64,000 nt of DNA from Octopus sinensis (Eukaryota), in the NCBI RefSeq assembly GCF_006345805.1, contig NC_043010.1, forward strand, positions 39,122,001 through 39,186,000, in the 5' to 3' direction. Both the position numbers and the translations under genes were made by a program. Positions 1 to 12,954 of this stretch are shown here, piece by piece. A model generated the notes under the pieces. It worked only from the letters and a program-made list of their open reading frames with translations, ran no database searches and had not been told where the DNA came from. Positions within the stretch are counted from its first letter, which is position 1. The number at the start of each line of letters is the position of its first letter.

Positions 1-1016
1 GTAATTATCAAGCAAGCTGTCATCTTTATGATTCAAATTAGTTCGTTGTTAGTGACGATAAGTGCAAAATTATAGTATATTGTTTCGTCCCAGTTCTTTG
101 CGAATACTTTATTGTTAGTAATTGATCATCCATCATGTTGACAGCGGTAAGCTAGTTAAAGGTGACTAATTTTCGAAATACTGATGAATTCAAAGTAATA
201 CGTAGAATACGGTTTAATGAATTGGTACTTTGCATGCAGCAACGACCTGCTCTTCCCTCCTTCTCCAATCTCACTCTGTCACTTGCTTTTTTTTTTCAAT
301 TTTGCTTTAAACCTTGTAATAGTTAGATAGTGTGTGTTTTATTGTATTACGTTTGATATAACGTTTGTGCTATCATATCAACACTATCATATTTCTTCTC
401 TACCTATAGCACATATCGATGATTTCCGGAAGAAATCAATTACTAAAAGTTGTGCAGAGTTCGAAAAGTTGATTGATCTGTGAAGCAAATCCTACGGTGA
501 ATCGTAGCATCGACCGAGACTCTACATCACATAACTGGTTACAAGAAATTTCTATCAAACCGCTTGACAAATTACAACCTTTAGCACGAGAGCATAATCT
601 ACATATGATAAATGAGGTCAAACTTAACTAAGAACAACTTACTCTGTTGTGGTTGCTCACAGCTGATTAATTAATATATATATATATCTATAATAACCCG
701 ATTGTGGTTTCAAGAATTGCGTGTTCACGAATGAATTGTCCTTCCGTTTGGAAATATTGTGATTTGAAAGATATTCGACTGTTATGCTGTGTTGGTTCTT
801 CAATAAAATGTTGCGTTGGTAGTAGACCATCTATCAAGTCTCTTGAAAGCGACTACCTATACATTTAGCTTAGCAAGTAGGGTAGCAAATTTGAACAATC
901 AGAAACTGGGCTGCTTACCATTCTATGAGTCTCCTTATCAACTTTCGAAAGTACGAATCTTATATGTGCAACAGGAACCCATCCGACATTAGAAATAATT
1001 TATACGTATATACACA

Positions 1017-1062
1017 CATACATACATACATACATACATACATACATACATACATACATACA

Positions 1063-1098
<36 letters not shown>

Positions 1099-1106
1099 TA
1101 TATATA
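1017..1106. repeat. (CATA)n followed by (TA)n microsatellite
   Basis: Read directly from the sequence. Confidence 0.95.
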
Positions 1107-2332
1107 GCGTTGAGGAATAATTCATGAGCGTTTTTTTTAAATTTATTTTAAACAAAAAACTACAACAATCGAGACAATACACTTTCCATTGTTATTTACG
1201 ACTTCCTCCCATCGTTCAATATATTCTTCAATACTTTGGCGATAGAAATATTCCGGTCTTGACTCAAAGAATTCGTCCAACCAAGCCCTCAATACCATGT
1301 CATCATTGAACGATACACCGCGGAAAAAGCTCGAAAGCGGGGGCAGTACATTAAGATCTGACGGAACTCAACCTGGAGAGTGTGGATGATGAGGCAGCAT
1401 TACCATTTGAGACAGGTGTTGTCCTGTTGCAGAAGAACGTCATTTCGCCTATTCCGTCTTATTTGCTGAATTGCTTCGTTGAGTCAGTGTAGTTGTTGAA
1501 CGTAGAGCTCTGCATTGAGTATCTAGTTGCGCTCAAGCAGTTCGTAGAGAATTAGTCTTCCCGGTCCCACCATACACACAACATGGTCTTTCGAAGATGA
1601 AGGTCTTGTTTTGTCCTCGGAGTTTCTTGTTTATCGAGGCTGAGCCATTATTTTCGCTGCTTCATATTGACGTAAAGGCACCATTTTTCATTGCTAGTGG
1701 CAATGCGGTGAATAAAACGCTGTTTTGGCGATGTGTTGAACTATGTCGAGCGAGTAAATTGGTGGCGATTGTGGAGCGTTGATTTTTGTTATTCCCGATC
1801 AAAGTGTGTTGCACCCAAGCAATGAATCTATGAACCTTGCCCATAGAGTGAAGTTGGTTCACCACAGTTTTATTTTTTTATCACAATCCGTCTTCTCTGC
1901 CTGTTCTCTGGTCATTTGAGGTGTCTTTTCGTGAAGAATTTGATTCAATCGCTTTTCATCCAACTCAGGATGATCCGTACTTGAGGTTAAAATTTCCGTT
2001 TCTGAAGCGCGAACACCAACGGCGGGCGGTACTTTGAGGAATTGCTCCTTCTCTACACACAGCATAACTTTTACGAGCAGCTTCGGCAACCTTAATGCTT
2101 CGATTAATTGGAAAAAAAGAAACAAATGGTGTTGTAAATGCTCAGTTTTGTCCTCTTGAGATTAGATTTCAATGATTTGAAAATACAGAAAAATCAATAA
2201 AATTAAAAAATCAAAACGCACTATCTTGTAGAGCAAACCATTCTCTATTAAAAAACATTTTGCCAATGCGTTTTATTTCTGCGAGCAATTAAAAATATTA
2301 AAAAACGGTCATGAATTATTCCTACACCCATA
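1105..2332 (-). mobile_element. Near full-length decayed mariner (Tc1/mariner) DNA transposon
   Basis: Imperfect TIRs: left ..gaggaataattcatgagcgtttttt, right aaaaaacggtcatgaattattccta.. Minus-strand frames give mariner-like motifs WVQHTL (WVPHEL), IATSNEKWCLYVN (IVTGDEKW), KTMLCVWWD, LLQQDN (LLHDNA) and HHPHSPG*VPSD (HPPYSPDLAPSD), broken by frameshifts and stops. Length is about 1.23 kb. Confidence 0.9.
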
Positions 2333-2854
2333 CATACATACATGCATATATACATACATATGTATATATGCACATTATACATATGTATATATATATATAT
2401 ATTATATATATATATATATATTATATATATATATACTCTAAATAATATTTAAATATTGAGTTGAATATTTGTAGCTTAAATTTGAATATTCAAATTACAT
2501 AACGCTACATCCCATGATACCGACGAATGCGTTTAACCAAGTTAGGTTACTCCCTTGAATAATCTCATCTCCATTATTCACTAGTCTCCGATAACAATAC
2601 TACCTACTGTCAACATTCTCTATGCTGATTCAAGGTTATCGGCGAGATATTACATAATTAATTTCCATGACTGTCCCCTATGAGATGAGAAACCTTATGT
2701 AATGTAACAATTTTGAATACATAATGATTTACGTCTCGATATGTCATATTGTGTTATAAAACTAGTGGATTAAAATATGTCAATTAATAATTTAATTAAT
2801 AAAAGTACTGAAAGAATTTTGCATCTTTCCCTTTAATATATACATCCATCCATG

Positions 2855-2864
2855 CATATATATA

Positions 2865-2905
<41 letters not shown>

Positions 2906-3028
2906 CATATATATATATACATAAATATATTTATATATCTATCTATCTATCTATCTATCTATCATCTATCTATCTATCTATCTATCTATCTATATATCTA
3001 TCTATCTATCTATCTATATATATATATA

Positions 3029-3075
<47 letters not shown>
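2855..3075. repeat. Compound (TA)n/(ATCT)n microsatellite
   Basis: Read directly from the sequence. Confidence 0.9.
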
Positions 3076-3078
<3 letters not shown>

Positions 3079-3710
3079 CACAAACACTAGCGCATACAGC
3101 ATACATTTATATAGCAATATATACGTTTGTGTGTGTGTGCGTGTATGTGCGTGTGTGGAAAATTAAACTATACTGAATGTGACTGACACATGAAAACTCA
3201 ATACTATATTAGACAATAGCATACATAATGAAGCATGCTATGGAAAAATGAAAAATAGTTCTGAAGCAAGAAGTATAAGTTAAGCTAGAAGAACTATGCG
3301 TAGCAAAATATTTAATTGCGTGTTTGATCGATAAGAAAATGAAGAATGCTTCGTGTGTTTCAGTTTTATCAACTCTCATTATATGCGTAATATTTTTATA
3401 GGTTTGTGAAATGTATAGGATTTCTTTGAAAGTATGTTCATAGCTTTAAATATATGACAGGATAAAATACCCAGGGATAGTTTCTGTACAAAGAAAAAAA
3501 AAACAGGAACAAATATGACGAATATGGAAGTCTGATGGTATGCCATGAACTTTTAATTATGCGAAGGTTTGTAGCTTACAATATCAGCAGTCAATTTATT
3601 ATATACATACATACATAGTACATACATACATATATACACATATATGACGTAGTTGTTAATAACGCGGGCTAATAATCCCAAGATTCCGAGTTCGATTCTA
3701 GGTAGTGACT

Positions 3711-4369
3711 TAAGACATGACAGAGTTGGCCAATATCTCCACTGGCTAATAAGTCGGCATTACAATATCAAAACTGCCGACAAGTGGTATAATCACCACC
3801 CTGAGGCTGTAACTGAAGGAGAAAATGTAACCATTCTGTGGGACTTTCCAGTACATACAGACTGAACCATCAAGGCCAATAAACCAGATATTGTTGTGAA
3901 AGACCAAAACAATAAAGTTTGCTTATTGATCGACATGAGCATCCCCTGTGATCATAATATCTCAGCGAAAGAGTTTGACAAGCTCAGAAAATATAAAGAC
4001 CTACTCATTGAAATTGAGAAAATGTGGCATCTCAAGGCGGTTACAATACCAGTGATCGTAGGAGCACTAGGAATGATCAAGAAGGGAACCGAAAATTATA
4101 TGAGAATGATCCCTGGCTTACCATCCCTGCAAGAAGTGCAAAAGATTGTCTTAACTGGTACATCACACGTATTGAGAAGAGCATTGTCGATGTGAGAACT
4201 GTTGCTGCTCATGTATTTTAATTTAACTTTAAAAAAAAAAAAAAAAAAATGAACGAACTACTGAGTTTGGGTTAATGGCCTACCATTGTATACTATGAGT
4301 TTCTTTGCCCTAGGAGTCGGGAAGACACTCGGCAAGAAATGGAAGCAAATTTGAAAGAAGAAAAAAAAA

Positions 4370-4370
<1 letters not shown>
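3711..4370 (+). mobile_element. 5'-truncated R4/Dong-clade non-LTR retrotransposon (restriction-like endonuclease domain plus 3' UTR)
   Basis: One frame reads RHDRVGQYLHW...ILWDFPVHTD*TIKANKPDIVVKD...LLIDMSIP...KEFDKLRKYKDL...VIVGALG, the RHD / PD..D / K..KY signature of RLE-type LINEs. There is a single internal TGA at 3863-3865 and the ORF ends at 4195. The element ends in an A-rich tail running into (TAA)n. Confidence 0.88.

Positions 4371-4458
<88 letters not shown>
4371..4458. repeat. (TAA)n microsatellite at the 3' end of the R4/Dong insertion
   Basis: Read directly from the sequence. Confidence 0.95.
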
Positions 4459-4460
<2 letters not shown>

Positions 4461-4479
4461 TGGTTCGAAATTTGCCCAA

Positions 4480-4525
4480 GACACCTGATGAATGCTGGAG
4501 GTTGTATCAGCCGAAACGTTGTGTT
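4480..4525 (+). ncRNA. Minimal (helix III-less) type I hammerhead motif
   Basis: gacac-CTGATGA-a-tgctg..cagcc-GAAAC-GTT-gtgtt. Stem I is gacac/gtgtt, stem II has one mismatch, and palindromic ACGT replaces helix III. Confidence 0.6.
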
Positions 4526-5054
4526 AACAACAAACAAGATTAGGACAAATATCCGTCGAATGTAAATAATGTAAATAATGTACATAATTCCTCATCTCTT
4601 AAACATAGAACTTTATATATACATATATATATATGTATGCATTCATACATACCTAAAAGCTGATTCGAGGATCTCAGATCCAAGCCATCACTGGAAACGT
4701 AAGAATCGGTAAAAGTTTCCAGAAGTTTATCATTTAAGTATACATAAGCATGTCTAGATATGCAAATATCAGATGAGAATACGTACATGAAACAAAACAT
4801 AGCATCTGCACATACACATACATACATACGCACACATATATATATACATATATACATACAAACAAACAAACAGAAATACCCAGTTGTTGATATTGAAATT
4901 CCAGTGAAGGAGCCTTGGATCTAGGTTAGAGACCGGTTCTTCTCTATTGGCCAGAATTAAACTGAATTATGACATACATACATACACACGCATATACACA
5001 CACATACGTATACGCTGTGCGTGTCTTGCGAGAATGTCACTGTTATGTACTGAC

Positions 5055-5373
5055 ACTCCGTCAGACGTCGAGTGTTCCATTGATCCGATCTACGGAACAA
5101 TCCGCTCGTGAAATTAATGTGGAAGGGGTGACTGCACACTCAACAAAGGCGCATAGCCTTAACGTGGTTCTCAGGAAGATTCAGCATAACACTTTCAATC
5201 CGACAAGGCGGGCCTTTTGAAATACAATCATGACTCATTTTTGCCAGCGGAATGAACTGAGATAACGTGAAATAAGATGTCTTGTTCATAAGAGACAACA
5301 CGCCGCAAGGAATCGAACTCATGACATCACGATCGTGAACCAAATATCCTAACAATTATACCACGCGACTCCA
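5055..5373 (-). mobile_element. Diverged tRNA-derived SINE (head type D with tail type X)
   Basis: Segment 5230-5373 matches the head of 47696-47942. Segment 5055-5225 matches the tail of 6861-7227 and 58769-59135. Confidence 0.7.
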
Positions 5374-6659
5374 CGCTTGCTATCTGTTTTTGACGATAAC
5401 ATACACGCATACACAAAGCGGCATGTGTGTATGTGTGTGTACATTTACTTCCGTCCCTCCACGTTGTTTTAAAATGATGTGACAGTTCTGTGCACACACA
5501 CACACACACACACACACCACACACACACATGGACGCATATATAAAGCAACCATGTATGTATGCGTGTGTGTATATTCTTTCTGTTTGTATATTCCTAACA
5601 ACACACCACAGGCTGCCGAATAAAAGAAAAAAGAAGAAATGTTTATGCTCTGAATAACATCACTTAGCGACCAATCGAAGAAAAATCGATAAAATACCTA
5701 CACAGAAATGCTTAGCGGAGTCGATGTGATTGACTAAAATCTTTTGAAGGTATTGTCCTAGCCTGGCTGGAGTCCAGTGACTAGAAACCGTAAAAGAATA
5801 AAATAATTAACTCCAGCTTTGATGTATGTTACTCAATTTCGAATTGTGATATGTTCATTTGTTTTAGATTTGATGCAGTGTAATTGTACAACGTTACATA
5901 TTGATTAAATAATTACATAATACATAATTCAATTCTTCAGTCTAGCTATAAAATTCTCCAACAACAAGCAATCTATTCGTGAGATTTATCATATATTTTT
6001 CACATTTCTATGCATAGCTTTCTCAAATACAATACATATATACGTACAAACATAGAGCCTTGTATCTTTGTTGGAAACCAGCTCCCTCCTTAGTGGAAGA
6101 TTTATGATAATAAAAAAAAGAAGAGACATATACATACATATATACATGTAGAAATACATGTAGAAAACAGTTACCTTCTGGACACCAATATTGTTAGGGA
6201 AATACAGAGTAAGTGAAGGTCAACAGACCATTATTAAAAAGTTTGCTACTCCAGTAGACGTTCAGTGCTCTATCTATTAATATTAGAGCTACTGGGTACA
6301 TACCAACCCATATGGGGCAAAGTATGGCTGAACATAGGATCTTATGGAGAGGACGCAAGTCCTTAATTCATACGCTACAAATGATCACGATGTGATCTAG
6401 GACTATTAAATTCTGAAAGACCTTCTTAAGATTTAAATGAGAATGAACACGAGATGCTTTCCTTCAGATCTTTGCTATCAAGTAGGTGGGCGGTAAAACT
6501 TATTCTTAATTAAAAAAGGAAGAAAAGCCTACACATACACAGGCGCATGATATACATACACCTCTACCCCTGCACACAAACGTATACATGTATATACATA
6601 CACATACATATATACATACATATACATACATACATATACATACATACATACATATACAT

Positions 6660-6700
<41 letters not shown>

Positions 6701-6860
6701 GGTCCCGGGTTGAGTCGGGGTTAACCACAGTCTATAAAATAAAATATATATATATATATATATATATACATACACATACATATACATACACACACACACA
6801 TATATATATGTATATATACATACACATACATATACATACATATATATATATATATGTATA

Positions 6861-7227
6861 TCGGTTACGACGAAGAGGGTTCCAGTTGATCCGATCTACG
6901 GAACGGTCTGCTCGTGAAATTAACGTGTGTCTGAGTACTCCGCAAACACGTGTAACCTTAAAGTAGTTCTCGGAGAGATTCAACGTCATACAGTGTGTGA
7001 TAAGGCTGAAAATACATGTAAATACATGTACAACAGAAACAAGAAGAAAGAGTGAAAGTTAATGGTGAAAAAGTACAGCAGGGTTCGCCACCACACCCTG
7101 TCGGAGCCTCGTGGAGTTTTTAGGTGTTTTCGTTCAATAAACACTCACAACGCCTGGTCTGGGAATAGAACCCGCTATCCCAGGGCCGGAAATCCGCTGC
7201 CTTAATCACCGGGTCATTGCGCCTCCA
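6861..7227 (-). mobile_element. tRNA-derived SINE (head type C with tail type X)
   Basis: Minus strand begins ggaggcgcaatgacccggtgattaaggcagcgg (A box) followed by a B-box-like motif. Colinear with 58769-59135. Confidence 0.85.
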
Positions 7228-8070
7228 CTGTATTATGTATACTCATACACAGAAACATATATACGACTGTGAAATTCTGTAGGTGTACGGAAGTAAATGA
7301 GTATATGTCAATGCTAAGTACATTGGTATATATCAACGTTATATCAGTAACATTATGTAACCCCTTTCTTTTACAGATTTTACAACGAATCTTTGTTCCT
7401 CTGTCTTGTTTGTAGCTGTGGATATCGTCGGAATTTAAATGTCAGGCGCAGAGAACCAAAGGAAAGTCTATAATCCAGTTTATTCAGCTGACCTAATATG
7501 TTTCAATGATGTCTGATGAAACACTATGGCGTTCATCAATTATCTTTAAAAATTCTACAATTTATTGTATCAATTAAATTTGATAATTATCAATGAACTT
7601 CTTTGCAGCGAACGGATCCCAAGTAGAAGTATTCAACTGTTTTTAATAAACTTTGTTTGTCTGCCAATATTTTCCATTAAACTCTGCAAAGTTTTTCTTA
7701 TATTTCATTTCTTTTGAATTTGTCAAATCGGAAAAGTAATTTATGACCATTCTGTATACTGCTACACACACACGCACACACACATGTGTGTATGTGTGCG
7801 CATGCTTGTGTTTGTGTATGTACGTCTATGTGTATCTTCTTTGTCCATAACTCTTCTCCCGCTCTTAGGTTTCTACACATGCATTCACACACACACACAC
7901 TCACGAAATTCACTGAGTACTTCCAACAGGTTAGACCTTCACACGTTTCTCCTTTGGCCATTACCATAAGACTTTCAGTAGATGAAATGTCAAATGACGT
8001 CCCCATAAAGGAACAAACGTACGTCATTGGATTTCAATGATAAACACTTGTAAAATATGAATAAGATTAT

Positions 8071-8464
8071 AGGCGTAGGAGTGGCTGAGTAGCAAGTAGC
8101 TTGCATACAAACCACATGGTTCCGGATTCAATCCCACTGCGTAGCAACTTGGGCAAGTGTCTTCTACTATAACCTCGGGCCGACCAAAGCCTTGTGAGTA
8201 GATTTGGTAGACGGAAACTGAAAGAAGCTCGTCGTATATGTGTGTGTGTGTTTGTGTGTCTGTGTTTGCCCCCACGCACCCAACATCGCTTGACAACAGA
8301 TGCTGGTGTGTTTACGTCCCCGTAACAAGCGGTTCGGCAGAAGAGGCCGATAGAATAAGTACTAGCCTTACAAAAACTAAGTCCTGGGATCGAGCTTCTC
8401 GACTAAAGGCAGTGCTCCAGCATGGCCACAGTCAAATGACTGAAACAGGTAAAAGAGTAAAAGA
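8071..8464 (+). mobile_element. tRNA-derived SINE family A with internal (TA)/(TG) microsatellite
   Basis: aggcgtaggagtggctg...ccactgcg...ttgggcaagtgtcttctactat...gactgaaaca.gtaaaagag. Six similar copies occur in the window. Confidence 0.9.
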
Positions 8465-8839
8465 CTAAGATTCTGAGAATCTAACTTATTAAAACTAGTG
8501 ACAGGCGTCCCTCTTCTAAAATGACAATTATCTCCCTCTTCTAGTCATTTTACTGTGCGCCCTGACATTTACGAAAGGTAAACCTGTGTATCTACGCTCA
8601 GACTGATTCTCATTCCATGTGCTACATGGACCCCGAAAGCTGCTACTACCTCGGGTCAAAGTACATCTCGGAACAAACAATGGTTATTAAGACGTGGCTC
8701 CGTCCTCTTCAAGACCCCGGAATTCTCGAAGCAGAGACCCGCTACAGCATGGAGTTTAGCGTTATACCCGGAACATTATAGATGTATTTGTGTGTGTATG
8801 CATACATGCAAATATACAATAATATTATATCATATCATA

Positions 8840-8889
8840 TTATGCATATATGTATACATATATATATATATATTATATATATATATATA

Positions 8890-8941
<52 letters not shown>

Positions 8942-9095
8942 AAGAGAGAGAGAGTGAGAGGGATGAGAGAGAGTGAAGAGAGAGGTAAAGATATATAAAT
9001 ATATAAAGACATACATATATATTTATATATTGATATATATATATATATATAATATATATATATATACACATATATTTAAATATATATATATATAA
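8840..9095. repeat. (TA)n/(GA)n compound microsatellite
   Basis: Read directly from the sequence. Confidence 0.9.
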
Positions 9096-9427
9096 ACACG
9101 CATACACACACACACCTTCTCTCTCTCTTCTGTGACCTTCTGTCGCACATAGATGTACATATATAGAAACAGAATGACCTGCTTCAAATTGTTATTGAGA
9201 AGCCGAGTAAATGTTTATGACAAATTATCCATAATAAAACTTAATTATGTTACTTATCTTTACAGTTTCTAACAGAAAACGATTTAGTCTAACTCGAAAC
9301 TAGAAATTATATATGATTTCCATAAATAAATAAATGTTATACATGCATGCATCCATGCATCCATGGATACATACATACATATAAAATATATACATGTATA
9401 TATGTATAGATATATGTAATTATATAT

Positions 9428-9687
<260 letters not shown>

Positions 9688-9960
9688 ATAATTGATTTCG
9701 TTTAGCTGGCGATAAACATTGTATCTATACATATACGTATAACCCTCGATATTTGCGTCATGAAATAATTGCCATGTTTCTCAACGATTGTTTTCTAAAA
9801 TGTGAACACATACACAATGCCAAATCACATTAATGTATGCATGACAAAAGAAAAATCCGTATCTGCGTTCTCTGAGGAGCAAATCATAAAGAAGAGATGG
9901 TGAAACGTTGTGTTTTAATGGAGTGTTAAGCTGACTTAATCTAAATCTGCCTCTCACTAA

Positions 9961-10640
9961 TACAGTGTGGTCCAAACGTTACGAAAGAGTTTGAATGTCT
10001 AAATTTACAATACTTATAGAAAATAAATTTACACTAAATACGAAAAATCACGCCTTGCAAATGGCGTCCAGTTCCTGCTTCGCTCGAATGTGCCGCCCTT
10101 TATATGGCGTGTTCCATGACATCCTTTACTCTTTCGCGTTTCATTGCTCTGACTTTGGCTCAAATATTGTTTAAGATTAACATAAAAGTTTCCCTTGAGA
10201 TAGCTCTATGGATGCAGTCATGTGCCGTCAGAACCGGAGAATGCAGTGGCCTGCATTTCTTGCATCCGCGGGAAATTATTGCTCCTTCAAATATATGACG
10301 AAACAGTTGAATTTTGTTCCTGGCTTTGTAAGTATAGCTCTGTCCTGTTGAAGCCACGTGTCAGGTTTATCCCGAACCGTTGGAAGTAAGAAAGTTTCAA
10401 TCATTGACTGATATTCATCTCTTGTAACAGCGACGCTTCTGCCGTCATTCCACACAACAGGCCATAAACTTAAAGGGACGCAATTCCCTTTATTAAGTCG
10501 CACTAGGATTTTCCATTTTTTTCCTTTTTGTTACCGACGCCATTCAAATGAAAATGTGTTTCATCTGACATTATCACCTTTCGGATGAATTCGAAGTCTT
10601 TTCTTGTTAATTCTTGAAGAAATTAAAAAAAAAAAGAATA
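9961..10640 (-). mobile_element. Decayed Tc1/mariner-superfamily transposase remnant
   Basis: Minus strand reads FIRKVIMSDETHFHLNGVGNK (SDEAHFHLNG motif), WLQQDRA (WFQQDGA), IISR..RPLHSPVLTAHD (WPPRSPDLTPxD) and a C-terminal GRHLQGVIF. Frameshifted. Confidence 0.8.
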
Positions 10641-11181
10641 ATTCGCAAGAAAAAGGTGGGAGTGGCGGAGGAAGTCTTTCCGAAAATAGTAGCTGAAAAA
10701 CAGGAAAAAAAGCATAAAATCAGTAGAAACGCACGAACAATTAGTCTGGTGTCATGAAGTAAAGGTGCTTCAGATGCACTCGATTATTCATACGAATATG
10801 TCATAAATAACAGAGACAAACGAAATATACACCGCCGGAAGTTGTTATTGACAAACAACAGCAGTAATTATATTCAGCTAAATACGCGTCATTGATTGGT
10901 TGAAATTACCGAAATACCACAACTTTAACACGAAATAACTTCGAAAATAGAAGCAACGCTAAGAGTAAAAAATGTTCTATATGACACATTCTACCAGTAT
11001 AGGAATTTTCAAAGTGTCTAGTTAAAGAAAATTAATTAATCGCGTTGTCCATGAAAAGGAAAAAATCCGAAAATTATTCATATTTGCAAAATATGTGAGT
11101 ACCGTGAGCTATAAAACATAATATTTTGGTATATACGTGTGTGTATAGAAATATATAAAATATAAATATATTTATATTTAT

Positions 11182-11344
11182 AGGCGCAGGAGTGGCTGTG
11201 TGGTAAGTAGCTTGTTTACCAACCACATGGTTCCGGGTTCAGTCCCACTGCGTGGCACCTTGGGCAAGTGTCTTCTACTATAGCCTCGGGCCGACCAGAG
11301 CCTTGTGAGTGGATTTGGTAGACGGAAACTGAAAGAAGCTCGTC

Positions 11345-11381
<37 letters not shown>

Positions 11382-11568
11382 TGTGTGTGTTTGTGTATCT
11401 GTGTTTGTCCCCCCTAGCATTGCTTGACAACCGATGCTGGTTTGTTTATGTCCCCGTTACTTAGCGGTTCGGCAAAAGAGACCGATAGAATAAGTACTGG
11501 GCTTACAAAAGAATAAGTCCCGGGGACGAGTTGCTCGATTAAAGGCGGTGCTCCAGCAAGTAAAAGAG

Positions 11569-11570
<2 letters not shown>
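11182..11570 (+). mobile_element. tRNA-derived SINE family A
   Basis: Colinear with 8071-8464. Confidence 0.9.
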
Positions 11571-11645
<75 letters not shown>

Positions 11646-12129
11646 TTATATATGCATACACACATATTTGTGTATATGTGTGTATGGATGTATTTCTATA
11701 TTTTATGTAAGGTAACTGAGGAGAAAAAGTTTCTTAGGGATGGAGTTTCAGGTATCATAGGGAAAGGTGAAAGTTTAAATTACCTCATCATCAGTGTTTT
11801 TCAAAGAGATTTTAGAAGAAATTGGATGGTAATTTTATTTGTTGTCGTTATCCATAATACATTTGTTTCACTAAATTCGGCCTGGTGTTCTTCATCGAGA
11901 AATACTGACATTTCAGATCAAATAGAATTGTTATTAATTAGATGTAACTTGAAGGTGAAAAAAAAAAACGAAATACAGAAATCAGTGGTTTACCGCTGTA
12001 GAGTGACATAGACCATAGCAGATATTTTTGATGTTGTTCACAACGACACTCATACAACACTCATGAAGCTGAGGGCGGAATTAAAGAAGCTATGTATTCG
12101 AGTATATATGTATATAGCTTGTACATCTT

Positions 12130-12193
12130 CTATACATGTGTCTGTATATATTTATGTGAGTGTATATAGATACACACGCATATTATATATATA

Positions 12194-12224
<31 letters not shown>

Positions 12225-12627
12225 GATATATATTATATATATATATTATATAGTATGTATATATATATATATATATATACATAATATATATGTATGTGTA
12301 TAATGTGTATATAGGGACTAGTGTGATGTGTGTGCATATGTGTGTGTGGATATGTGTGTGTATGCGTGTATGTGAGTATGTGTGTGTATGTGTATATATA
12401 TTTTTCTGTGCGTATATGTATGTGAGGTCGTGTGTGTATATATACATGTGTGTATACGTGTATGCATGTGAGTGTGTGTGTGTATACATATATGTGTATG
12501 TGTAGATATGTATATGCATGTGTATTTGTATGTGTATATATATGTATATATATGTGTGTGTATGTATGTGTGTATGTATGTGTATATATGTTTGCATGTG
12601 TGTGTATGTATGTATACATGTGTGCAT
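12130..12627. repeat. Degenerate (TA)n/(TG)n/(TATG)n low-complexity tract
   Basis: Read directly from the sequence. Confidence 0.9.
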
Positions 12628-12903
12628 AGGTATAAGTGAGAACCTCCTTATTTACCTAAAACTGTATCCCCCCTTTTTTTATATATAGGTTTTTTTTTTT
12701 TTATATATAGGTTTTTTTATTTTATTTTTTTATTTTTTATTTTTTTAATTTTTTTATTTATTCTTCTATCTAATTTAACACTGACTCCTTGACCACTCCC
12801 CCAAGTATGATATTTTGTGCTATGCCTACCCCCAAAAAAGTCCCCCACCACACCCCGTTAAACCTGCCTAAATGTATAAATGCCAATACAATTCTTGTTA
12901 ACT

Positions 12904-12954
12904 AGCTTCCTGAAGATTTCTCTTGAATGAAACAGTTCTAGTCCTGTAGAAGCT
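12904..12954 (+). ncRNA. Type I hammerhead ribozyme motif
   Basis: agcttc-CTGAAGA-t-ttc[tctt]gaa-t-GAAA-cag[ttctagtc]ctGTA-gaagct. Stem I is 6 bp, stem II 3 bp and stem III ACAG/CTGT, with a GUA triplet. Confidence 0.72.

Larger units (their letters stand above)
3645..4612 (+). mobile_element. Short repeat with tRNA-like head, internal (TAA)n and hammerhead-bearing tail, interrupted by an R4/Dong LINE
   Basis: A-box-like tgacgtagttgttaa at 3645 and B-box-like gagttcgattc at 3688-3698. Tail 4461-4570 matches the uninterrupted copy at 41061-41278. Confidence 0.7.

Noticed and set aside
181-225. CTGATGA followed by attca..tgaat, resembling a hammerhead start
   Set aside because: No GAAA after the putative stem II, and no stem III or stem I.
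6170-6340. Possible PLE remnants (VTF-LDT; GYIPTHMGQSMAEHR resembling a GIY-YIG segment)
   Set aside because: The motifs are too short and too closely spaced to distinguish from chance without a search.
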